This document shows, one piece after another, positions 9,551-17,687 of a stretch of DNA of 44,872 nt. The translations under genes were made by a program, and so were the position numbers. The stretch covers positions 1-44,872 of IMG/VR virus record IMGVR_UViG_3300027753_000027, one strand, 5' to 3'. The notes under the pieces were generated by a model that searched no databases, was not told the DNA's origin, and saw nothing but the letters and a program-made list of their open reading frames with translations. Within the stretch, counting starts at the first letter, position 1, and each line of letters starts with the position of its first letter. Source of the DNA: a virus (taxonomy: Duplodnaviria; Caudoviricetes).

Positions 9551-11767
9551 ATGCCACTATCAAAGTTACAGTTTAGACCCGGCGTAAACAGAGAAATGAC
9601 TTCGTATGCTAACGAAGGCGGTTGGTTCGACTGTGACATGGTGCGTTTCAGAGACGGCATGCCTGAGAAGATTGGCGGGTGGACTAAGCTCGGTTCCAAT
9701 TCGTTTCTAGGGGCTTGCCGTGCCTTGCATTCTTGGAGAACGGTCAACCTGAACAACTATCTCGGTGTTGGGACTAATATTAAATACTACATCGAAGAGG
9801 GAGAAGGTTACTTTGACATAACCCCTATCCGTTCTATCACTCCTGTTTCCAGAAATGTTGCAGTGTCTATATATGGCGCATCTGCAACGGGTGAAGTGGG
9901 AGAAGTCTCCACCCCTATGGCGAATGTTTCGGTAACCTTGACCGGGGTTACGGCGTTTAGCCAAATCAATTATGTCGATGCGCAGAGCGAAGGTGGGGAT
10001 ATTGTTTACCTAACAGGGACTTCTGCTACTGGAGAAGTTGGGGGCGGGACTTTCATTAATACGTTGCCTGTAGAAGTTACTGGCTTGGAGGCGACGACTG
10101 CAGTTGGCGGTGTAAATGTTGTTACGACAGCAGTAGATTTTGACAGTGAGATTATATTTTCTGCTACGGATGGTTCCTCTACAATCTCTGTGAACGACAT
10201 AGAACACGGCGCGGTAACAGGGGACTTTGTAACCTTTACAGATGCCATCGGTTTGGGCGGGAATATAACCGCTGAAATCCTGAACCAAGAGTATCAAATC
10301 GCTTTAGTTGTGGATGAGGACAACTACACGATTGTCGCCAGAACGGTGGCTAGTGTAAGCTCCATAACGGTTGACGGAACATACACGCCTAGTCCTGTTG
10401 TAGCCAATGCGTCAGACACGGGAGAAGGTGGCGGGTCTACTATTGGAGCCTACCAAATAAATGTGGGTGTTGATACTAGCATTTCAGGCAACGGTTGGGG
10501 CGCTGGAGCTTGGGGCCGAGGAACGTGGGGTTCTGGCGCTGATATTAACGCTGAGGCGGATACCTTGCGGGTATGGTCGCATGATAACTTCGGTGAAGAC
10601 TTGATCTTCAACGTGTCCAACGGCCCAGTGTACTATTGGGATGCTTCTGCCACTAATCCGAAAACAAAACGTGGAGTGCCTTTGTCCAGTTTAGCTGGGG
10701 CTAGTAACGTGCCAACTGTGGCGACCCAAGTCATGGTGTCAGATCGGGATCGGCATGTTATCGCGTTTGGCGCAAACCCTTTAGGAAGTTCTGTACAAGA
10801 CCCTCTTCTTATACGGTTTTCAGATCAGCAGAATGTAGCGGAATGGACTCCTACTACTACAAACACAGCGGGTGATCTGACTGTAGGTGTGGGTTCAAAG
10901 ATTGTATGTGCAGTAGAGACTCGACAGCAAACCTTGGTATTTACAGACGCTTCTCTTCATGGGATGCAGTTTCTAGGCCCACCATTTACGTTTGGCCTAA
11001 ACCTTTTGTCCGACAACATCTCTATTGCAGGCATCAATGCCACTGCCAGCGCACAAGACCGGGTCTTCTGGATGGGTCGGAATGAGTTCTTTGTGTTCGA
11101 CGGTACGGTGCGAAAGCTACCCTGCAGCGTGAAGGACTATGTGTTTAGCGACTTTAACGAGTCTCAATCGGATAAAGTGTATTGCTCTACCAATACTTCT
11201 TTTAGTGAAGTCTGGTGGTTCTACCCATCCAGCTCTAGTCAAAACGTAGATCGGTACGTTTCTTACAACTACGACCTTAACTTGTGGACATACGGTACTT
11301 TATCTCGAACTGCTTGGACTGACGTTGGCATCATCCAAAATCCAATTGCTGCGGGAACGGACGGTTACTTGTATTATCACGAAGACGGCTTTGATGATGG
11401 AAGTACCAACCCAGCTAGTGCTTTGACCGCGTACATCGAGTCTTCTCAAGTCGATCTCGGTGACGGGAACGAGTTTAGTTTTGTATCTAGATTGATACCC
11501 GACATTACATTTAGGGACAGTACGGCTGCTAGTCCAACCGCCATCTTTACATTGAAGGCACGGAACTTTCCCGGCGGTCAGTACTTACAAGAAGACGACA
11601 GCTCTGTGATCAAGACCGCGTCAGTGCCTGTGGAGCAGTTTACTCAGCAAAACTTTGTGCGGCTTAGGGGTCGATCTATAGCTTTGCGCGTTGAGTCAGA
11701 CACCACAGGAGTTGGTTGGAGACTAGGAGCGCCAAGAATTGATGTTAGGCAGGATGGGAGAAGGTAA
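9551..11767 (+). CDS. Tail nozzle / DNA stabilisation protein (P22 gp10 / tubular protein B-like)
   Basis: 738 aa. MPL.KLQFRPG.NRE.T.Y..EGGW start, W-rich beta-propeller motifs, and RLRGR...WRLG.PR.D...DGRR end. Confidence 0.75.
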   Translation: MPLSKLQFRPGVNREMTSYANEGGWFDCDMVRFRDGMPEKIGGWTKLGSNSFLGACRALHSWRTVNLNNYLGVGTNIKYYIEEGEGYFDITPIRSITPVSRNVAVSIYGASATGEVGEVSTPMANVSVTLTGVTAFSQINYVDAQSEGGDIVYLTGTSATGEVGGGTFINTLPVEVTGLEATTAVGGVNVVTTAVDFDSEIIFSATDGSSTISVNDIEHGAVTGDFVTFTDAIGLGGNITAEILNQEYQIALVVDEDNYTIVARTVASVSSITVDGTYTPSPVVANASDTGEGGGSTIGAYQINVGVDTSISGNGWGAGAWGRGTWGSGADINAEADTLRVWSHDNFGEDLIFNVSNGPVYYWDASATNPKTKRGVPLSSLAGASNVPTVATQVMVSDRDRHVIAFGANPLGSSVQDPLLIRFSDQQNVAEWTPTTTNTAGDLTVGVGSKIVCAVETRQQTLVFTDASLHGMQFLGPPFTFGLNLLSDNISIAGINATASAQDRVFWMGRNEFFVFDGTVRKLPCSVKDYVFSDFNESQSDKVYCSTNTSFSEVWWFYPSSSSQNVDRYVSYNYDLNLWTYGTLSRTAWTDVGIIQNPIAAGTDGYLYYHEDGFDDGSTNPASALTAYIESSQVDLGDGNEFSFVSRLIPDITFRDSTAASPTAIFTLKARNFPGGQYLQEDDSSVIKTASVPVEQFTQQNFVRLRGRSIALRVESDTTGVGWRLGAPRIDVRQDGRR

Positions 11768-12066
11768 TGTCTGATCGTCTAGTTCCAGTACCGTTTTTCC
11801 CACTTCCACCGCAGGAGTATAATCAGCAATATTTTTCGGAAGTTGTGAGAGCAATATCGTTTTACTTTGAGCAGAACGCAAACCCCGGTGAAGGACGCAA
11901 CACGTTTTCCGTCTTTACTGGGTTGCAGACCAACGATGTTGGTTTAGAGGCGGGGGCTATCTTTAACTATGGTGGTTATGTTAAGATCACTCAACTGAAC
12001 TCGACACACCCGTCTGGCACTGAAGCAGTAGCTCAGGTAGGCGTTGTCACTGTAACGGACTTATAG
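11767..12066 (+). CDS. Small tail-associated protein
   Basis: 99 aa, TAATG-coupled to the nozzle gene. PLPP.EY motif and one VTG-type repeat at the C-terminus. Confidence 0.65.
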   Translation: MSDRLVPVPFFPLPPQEYNQQYFSEVVRAISFYFEQNANPGEGRNTFSVFTGLQTNDVGLEAGAIFNYGGYVKITQLNSTHPSGTEAVAQVGVVTVTDL

Positions 12067-12074
12067 GTGCATAG

Positions 12075-13364
12075 ATGGCGTTAACTTTACAGCAGCAGAT
12101 TGCTCAACAGAGAGCAATTCAAAGTCAACGTAAGGCTGACGTAAAGAAATTTACGCAAGATTACTGGGCTTCTATGCGTGATGCACGACGAGACCCCCAA
12201 TACGAGAAGGGTACTTTTCAAGCGGCGTTCGCTGTTCGTGACCAGTACAAAGATGACCCACGAGGGCTGTTTGATATAGTCCGACGCGGAGCATTGGACC
12301 CGGTCATGCGGCAAGCAGAAATGACGCGCAGACAACTAGCTCGTCAGGTTATGCCGGATCGTCAAAGCATACGGAACACTTTAAGGGGTGAGGGGCAGTA
12401 TGAGGGAGACCTTTCCTACGCCTTGAGGAAGCCGACTAGCGTTCAAGACATTGCGAGTAAACACGGTATGAGCGTTGAGCAGCTTGTCGCTATGAATCCA
12501 AGGTTCGCAGGGAAGCAAAACGTATTGGCTGGAGACGTTGTTAGGGTAACTGGAGAAGGCAGAAGCTTCGAGGATGCCGCATTAGCCGAGCAGATGCGCT
12601 ATGATGCGAGCAATGTAGATAGCGAAGTTGAGTCTCTAGCAGAGATGCGCGGGTTGTTTGACGAACGAAAAAATCTTAGAGGTCGAGTGCAGAGCGAAAG
12701 AGCGAAAAAAGTTTTGGAGGGCGCACCCTTAACTGGTGATCCAAAGGCAAGAAAAAGAATTCAAAATCTTAATTCCCAACTTCGTGATATAGACGCTTCA
12801 GATTATAGGGGTATCGCTGCTCTAGGTGGTGGTAGTCTTCGTCGTGGGGGGGTTGGACGCCTTATGAATGATCGTTACGACGACAAGGCGAAGATGGTTC
12901 AAGCCGCACTAGACCCCAGAACAGCGGAAGAACTTCGGCAGCTCTCTCAGGCAGGCCCAACCATGCCACCTATGGATGGTCCTCAATCTGGTTCTATGGT
13001 CCCAACCATGCCACCTATGGATGGTCCTCAAGCCGGACCTAGGTTCCCAACCATGGCTCCTATGGATATGCCACCCGGTCTGGGAGGTTTCCTGCAGGCT
13101 CGCCAACAGTTGCAGAGTTACGGTATGCTGCCTCCGCCGCCTAGTCCTTACCCTCAACAAGTAAGTTCATATGCACAATATCAACCGCAGTTTAACCAAC
13201 AATATCAACCGCAGTTTAACCAACAATATCAACCGCAGTTCAACCAACAATACCAGCCACAGTTCAACCAACAATACCAGCCACAGAACTCGTTTCCGTT
13301 CCAACCGCAGATGCAGGGCGGGAAAGGCTCAAGTACTGTTGGCTCTCAATTCGTAGGATTTTAA
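12075..13364 (+). CDS. LysM-domain protein with a P/M/Q/Y-rich low-complexity tail
   Basis: 429 aa. LysM-like segment SVQDIASKHGMSVEQLVAMNP......VLAGDVVRV at about 12435-12550, then PTMPPMDGPQ and QYQPQFNQ repeats. Confidence 0.7.
   Translation: MALTLQQQIAQQRAIQSQRKADVKKFTQDYWASMRDARRDPQYEKGTFQAAFAVRDQYKDDPRGLFDIVRRGALDPVMRQAEMTRRQLARQVMPDRQSIRNTLRGEGQYEGDLSYALRKPTSVQDIASKHGMSVEQLVAMNPRFAGKQNVLAGDVVRVTGEGRSFEDAALAEQMRYDASNVDSEVESLAEMRGLFDERKNLRGRVQSERAKKVLEGAPLTGDPKARKRIQNLNSQLRDIDASDYRGIAALGGGSLRRGGVGRLMNDRYDDKAKMVQAALDPRTAEELRQLSQAGPTMPPMDGPQSGSMVPTMPPMDGPQAGPRFPTMAPMDMPPGLGGFLQARQQLQSYGMLPPPPSPYPQQVSSYAQYQPQFNQQYQPQFNQQYQPQFNQQYQPQFNQQYQPQNSFPFQPQMQGGKGSSTVGSQFVGF
12956..13075 (+). repeat. 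About 2.6 copies of a 45-nt coding repeat (PTM(P/A)PMD)
   Basis: cccaaccatg(c/g)c(a/t)cctatggat recurs three times at 45-nt spacing. Confidence 0.8.
13176..13286 (+). repeat. 4.6 copies of a 24-nt coding tandem repeat (QYQPQFNQ)
   Basis: caatatcaaccgcagtttaaccaa occurs twice exactly, followed by synonymous variants. Confidence 0.9.
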
Positions 13365-13366
13365 AT

Positions 13367-14299
13367 ATGCCAGAACCAGATTACGGCGTAAGTCTATCAG
13401 CACCAACAACATCAATAAACCCAAAACCAAAGACATCATCGGCGTCAGTGCCAAAAGAAAAGAGCTTTTTTGAGAAGCTCAAGGATAGTGTCACTGGACC
13501 CCCAACGGCAGCGGCTCAGGCTGCAGCAGATGCGTTCCATGCAAACGTGGGCAACAGTGATGATGGCCCTTCAGCCATGCAGGGCGGGATAGCTTCACTA
13601 AGCGGTGCCACAGCAGATGCTGACATGTATGCCGAGAACCTAAAGCGTTACAACGATTACATAAATAGCCAAAGGCAACCTGCTCCGACAGAGATAACTC
13701 CAGAGATGCGCCAAGCCGCACTCAGTCAGTTTGAATCGCAGCAGGGTGCGGGTCAGGTGCCGTACTACATGGCTGCGGCTCGCAACCGATATCCTCAATA
13801 CGGTCAAAATGAAAGGTATGAGCCGTACGGATCACGATACGGCCAAGGGTATGGGCAGCAATACGGTCAGCAATACGGATCACCATACGGTCAACAATAC
13901 GGATCACCATACGGTCAGCAATACGGCCAAGGATACGCAGCTCCAAACATGAGTCCAGCGTTTATGCATGCTTCGCAGAACTACGATATTCTCGGTGGTT
14001 CACAACGTCTTGCACCACGACCTATGGAAATGATGAGTTCGTCGGAGCGCACTCAGATTAATGATATGTCCCAAGCCATGGCAGATCAACAAATGGCAGA
14101 TCAACAAAATGCAAACCCAGTGTTCAGCGATGCAACGGGAAACGAATTGATGGCAGCATTGCGTGGTAAAGGCGGTGGTAAAGGCGCGTCTCAGAATGCC
14201 CCTCAATCGTATGGCCCTCAGTACGGCTCACCGTCCGGCCAAGGGCAGGCTCCTCTTGGTGCGATCCTTGCGAGTCGGTTCGGTGGTTTCGGCTTCTAG
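13367..14299 (+). CDS. Low-complexity protein with YG(Q/S)x repeats (probable internal virion protein)
   Basis: 310 aa, largely disorder-promoting composition, nine YGxx tetrapeptides. Confidence 0.7.
   Translation: MPEPDYGVSLSAPTTSINPKPKTSSASVPKEKSFFEKLKDSVTGPPTAAAQAAADAFHANVGNSDDGPSAMQGGIASLSGATADADMYAENLKRYNDYINSQRQPAPTEITPEMRQAALSQFESQQGAGQVPYYMAAARNRYPQYGQNERYEPYGSRYGQGYGQQYGQQYGSPYGQQYGSPYGQQYGQGYAAPNMSPAFMHASQNYDILGGSQRLAPRPMEMMSSSERTQINDMSQAMADQQMADQQNANPVFSDATGNELMAALRGKGGGKGASQNAPQSYGPQYGSPSGQGQAPLGAILASRFGGFGF
13826..13936 (+). repeat. Nine 12-nt coding repeats (YGxx)
   Basis: YGSR YGQG YGQQ YGQQ YGSP YGQQ YGSP YGQQ YGQG Y. Confidence 0.9.
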
Positions 14300-14325
14300 A
14301 TGATCCAACAAAAGGGATAACCATA

Positions 14326-14508
14326 GTGCTTTGTGTGCTGGCCTTTGTGGGGTACGGGCATACGTTTATACAAGGGGGAGGTAACAGGCTTTACAAAGCC
14401 TGTTACTACGACTGCGGAACACCGGGCGGTAAAAACTCCCAGTTGTACGACAGGAAGTATATTGTCAGCTATAATTCCTATTGCCCCAAAAGGTTTACAG
14501 ATACATGA
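14326..14508 (+). CDS. Small Cys-containing hypothetical protein at the head of the lysis cassette
   Basis: 60 aa, GTG start, hydrophobic N-terminus, C.YDC...CP motif, ATGA overlap with the next gene. Confidence 0.55.
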   Translation: MLCVLAFVGYGHTFIQGGGNRLYKACYYDCGTPGGKNSQLYDRKYIVSYNSYCPKRFTDT

Positions 14509-14972
14509 TTGATCCTATCTCAGCCCTTTCAATCGCAGCCTCTGCTGTATCTAGTGCCAAGACCTTGTTGGCGGCTGGCCGCGATGCGTCAGGCGCATTG
14601 AGTAAATTTGCTGGGGCTGTCAGTGACGTAAACTACGCGGCTGAAAAGGCTAAGAATCCAAGCATATTCGCTTCACTCACCGGGTCTGCCGAGCAGGCTG
14701 CAATAGATGCTTTCTCTGCGCAGAAGCGCCTGCAAGCTATGAAGAAAGAAATTGAAACAATTATTATGTTTCAGCACGGCCCCAAAGGTTTGGAAGAATA
14801 CAAGGACACGCTTCGTAAGATCAGAGCGCAGCGCAAGAAGACTGCGTATCGCAAGGCTGAAATCAAGGAGGCTATAATCATGTGGGTTGTCGGCGGGATA
14901 ATCGTGATGGCGGGTGTCGCTGGACTTGCCGTAGTTTTGTATTTGTTAGGTAAACAACAGGGGAAGTGGTGA
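14505..14972 (+). CDS. Membrane-anchored coiled-coil protein (lysis-associated?)
   Basis: I prefer the ATG at 14505 (MIDPISA). C-terminal TM helix IIMWVVGGIIVMAGVAGLAVVLYLL. Confidence 0.65.
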   Translation: MIDPISALSIAASAVSSAKTLLAAGRDASGALSKFAGAVSDVNYAAEKAKNPSIFASLTGSAEQAAIDAFSAQKRLQAMKKEIETIIMFQHGPKGLEEYKDTLRKIRAQRKKTAYRKAEIKEAIIMWVVGGIIVMAGVAGLAVVLYLLGKQQGKW

Positions 14973-15217
14973 TGGCACAAACAGTTTTAGATGATTGGAA
15001 AATTCTGCCACGTTTGATGATGTTGGTTACGACGATCATGTATATACGTTGCTTGGAGTGGGCGATGTCGCAACCTGACTTGTCTGTTAGTCAGGCTGGA
15101 TTGATTTCAGTTGTAACAGGGGCTTTCACGGGAGCCTTCGGTATCTGGATGGGCAAAGAGTCTACGACCACGGTAACTCCAAACAAGATCGTCCACAAAG
15201 AAAGTTATGACAAATGA
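14972..15217 (+). CDS. Two-TM holin-like protein
   Basis: W.ILPRLMM motif, two hydrophobic helices, located upstream of the endolysin. Confidence 0.55.
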   Translation: MAQTVLDDWKILPRLMMLVTTIMYIRCLEWAMSQPDLSVSQAGLISVVTGAFTGAFGIWMGKESTTTVTPNKIVHKESYDK

Positions 15218-15675
15218 TTACATTACTAGGAAGTTTGCTTGGTTTCGGTACGTCCTTTCTGCCGGAGGTTCTTAATTTCTTTCGAGCGGGTCAAGAACAC
15301 AAGCATGGTCTTGAGCGCATGAAGTTAGAGATGGATATGATGGCTCGGCGCAATGAGCTGAAGCTGGATATTCTGGACAAGCAGGCTGAGATAAAAGAGA
15401 CGGAGGGGTTGTATAAACATGATAGCATGGATGCTGGAGGTTTTATCAACGCATTACGAGGTAGCGTCCGGCCTGTCATCACTTATGTTTTTTTTGGCCT
15501 TTTCGTTGCCATCAAGGTGACGGCTATAATCGCTCTGATGGGACAAGGGAACGATCTTGGAAGGTCTCTTTCTTTGATTTGGGATGATGCTACATCTGGT
15601 TTGTTTGCTGCCATAATATCGTTTTGGTTTGGTGGCCGCGCTGTATCAAAGTACATGAAAGGTGGTATGAAATGA
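15214..15675 (+). CDS. Holin (GTA 3TM-holin-like)
   Basis: LRGSVRPVITY and IISFWFGGR motifs, directly upstream of the endolysin. Confidence 0.7.
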   Translation: MITLLGSLLGFGTSFLPEVLNFFRAGQEHKHGLERMKLEMDMMARRNELKLDILDKQAEIKETEGLYKHDSMDAGGFINALRGSVRPVITYVFFGLFVAIKVTAIIALMGQGNDLGRSLSLIWDDATSGLFAAIISFWFGGRAVSKYMKGGMK

Positions 15676-16127
15676 CTTTTAAACTATCACAACGGAGCCT
15701 TGACCGAATGGAAGGCGTAGACGAGCGTTTAGTTGCCGTTGCAAAAGCAGCTATAGGCCATACAAAAACAGATTTTGGTGTGATCTGTGGGCTAAGAACC
15801 ATTGAAGAACAGCGTGAACTCGTAGCCAAAGGTGCCTCGAAGACGATGAAGTCCAAACACATTGATGGCAACGCTCTTGACCTCATGGCCTTTATTGGTT
15901 CGCGTGGATCGTGGGAGTTGAATCTGTACGATGACCTTGCGGATGCTGTAAAGCAGGGGGCTATCGATGTTGGGGTTGCTGTACGGTGGGGTGCCGCTTG
16001 GCATATTGACGATATCCGGGACTGGGATGGCACGATGGAAGAGGCCATGAACGCCTATGTAGACTTGCGCCGTAGCCAAGGAAAACGTCCGTTTATCGAT
16101 GGTCCGCACTTTGAGTTGATGGATTAA
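15672..16127 (+). CDS. Endolysin, peptidase M15 family (L-Ala-D-Glu endopeptidase-like)
   Basis: ATG at 15672 (MTFKLSQRS). GLRT..EQ, SKH..G.A.D, WG..W and DGPHFEL motifs. Confidence 0.88.
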   Translation: MTFKLSQRSLDRMEGVDERLVAVAKAAIGHTKTDFGVICGLRTIEEQRELVAKGASKTMKSKHIDGNALDLMAFIGSRGSWELNLYDDLADAVKQGAIDVGVAVRWGAAWHIDDIRDWDGTMEEAMNAYVDLRRSQGKRPFIDGPHFELMD

Positions 16128-16140
16128 AATTTTCGTGTTA

Positions 16141-16156
16141 AAGTTCTATTGAACTT
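16141..16156. promoter_or_regulatory. Palindrome AAGTTC-TATT-GAACTT just before the RBS of the 16169 gene
   Basis: Exact motif copy, followed by CT-GGAG-N6-ATG. Confidence 0.6.
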
Positions 16157-16168
16157 CTGGAGATAGTC

Positions 16169-17272
16169 ATGGTCTTACCGCTGTTATTAGGAATGGGTCT
16201 GCCAGCATTAGCGGGTTCTGGTGCGTTAGCTGGAACATTCGCAGCGGGTCTGGGGGCGCTATCAACCCCTGTTTTAGCTGGGCTGGGCGCTGGGCTTGGC
16301 TCTTTCATTCAGACAGGTGACCTTGGTAAGGGCATTCAGACAGGTCTTACATCCTTTGTTGGGGGCAAACTGCTTGGAGGTTTAACAAACTCCACAGCAC
16401 CTGCCGCTGTAGGTGGAGCGCCAAAAGCATCTTTCCTAGAGGCAGCAACAGCTCCAAGCCCGTCTGTACTGGATTTAGCAAAAACGCCTTCACCAATGTT
16501 TGCAAACATGTTTGGCGCAGAAGCTGCTAAGGGTGGATTGGGTCAAGCCTTCACTGCAGGGGCCGCTGCATTTACACCTGCCATGTTGGGGCAATCGATG
16601 ACAAGCGCCCAGTTGGCGCAGCAAGAAGCGGAAGATAGAGCAAAAAAGAAGGAGGAGTCCAAGAATCCTGTTCCCATGCTCAATCCTTTGATAACTACCC
16701 AAAATCAAGACCCATTCGCTTCTGGCGGTGGAGAGGGTATGTACTTCCAATACGCCAGAAACCCAAGGCCTATGGAATCAATCCAATATCCATACTACTA
16801 TGCAGATGGTGGCATAATGGCCTTTCGAGAAGGTGGAGAGACCGAAGCAGATCAGATGATGGCACAGAGCGGCATGAACGAGAAAGATGTTATCGTCGGT
16901 GCCGTAGAAGCGATTAAAGGAATGTCTGAGCAGCCAGAGATTGTTCTGGCACTATTTGTTCAGAAGTACGGCGAGGAAGCACTACGCGACCTTGTCGGAC
17001 GAGTGCAGTCGGGAGAGCTAGATGACACTATCACTCGTTTTGAAGAAGGTGACAAGGGGATGGTGCGTGGACCGGGAGATGGTTCAGGTGTTGACGATAT
17101 GGTCCCTGCGACACTTGAAGGGGAGCAAGATGTACTCTTGTCTGATGGGGAATTTGTCTTGAGGAAGAACACAACTGATGCACTTGAGAAAGCGTATGGT
17201 GGTGGGTTCCTTGATATTGTTAACCGTGCTGAAGAGGCAGCTCCTGAGAAACTCCAACAAATGGTGGGATAA
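16169..17272 (+). CDS. Internal virion / ejection protein
   Basis: 367 aa. G/A/L-rich hydrophobic N-terminus and C-terminal GPGDG...D.VPA......LSDGEFV motif. Confidence 0.65.
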   Translation: MVLPLLLGMGLPALAGSGALAGTFAAGLGALSTPVLAGLGAGLGSFIQTGDLGKGIQTGLTSFVGGKLLGGLTNSTAPAAVGGAPKASFLEAATAPSPSVLDLAKTPSPMFANMFGAEAAKGGLGQAFTAGAAAFTPAMLGQSMTSAQLAQQEAEDRAKKKEESKNPVPMLNPLITTQNQDPFASGGGEGMYFQYARNPRPMESIQYPYYYADGGIMAFREGGETEADQMMAQSGMNEKDVIVGAVEAIKGMSEQPEIVLALFVQKYGEEALRDLVGRVQSGELDDTITRFEEGDKGMVRGPGDGSGVDDMVPATLEGEQDVLLSDGEFVLRKNTTDALEKAYGGGFLDIVNRAEEAAPEKLQQMVG

Positions 17273-17686
17273 TTGAGAGTAAGCTTGGTGCCTCCAGAGG
17301 CAGTAAGACATGTATGGAAGGACGTCGAGAAGGTACTAAAGAAGAGCGTAGCCACAGCAAAAGACAAGTCGGAAACGATTGACGTCCTAGTTGGAATACT
17401 TAATGGCACTTACGTTCTTTGGGTTGTAATGGATGAAGATGACAGCATCGTAGCTGCATTCACCACAAGACTTATAGTATATCCTCAGCGGAAAGCATTG
17501 GTCTTAGATTTTGTAGGCGGAACGCGCATGAAGGAATGGAATGATCAGTTGATCGACACTATGCGTAAATATGCTAATGAGTTAGGATGTAGTCACTTAG
17601 AAGGCTACGGCAGGAAGGCTTGGGGTAGGTCGTTGAAGAAATACGGTTTCTATCCTGAGTACATAGCGTACCGAATGGAGTTGTAA
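17273..17686 (+). CDS. Acetyltransferase-fold virion-associated protein
   Basis: 137 aa, TTG start. LWV, FVGG..M..W and A...GC..LEGYGR..W.R.L...GF GNAT-like pattern, positioned before the ejection genes. Confidence 0.6.
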   Translation: MRVSLVPPEAVRHVWKDVEKVLKKSVATAKDKSETIDVLVGILNGTYVLWVVMDEDDSIVAAFTTRLIVYPQRKALVLDFVGGTRMKEWNDQLIDTMRKYANELGCSHLEGYGRKAWGRSLKKYGFYPEYIAYRMEL

Positions 17687-17687
17687 G

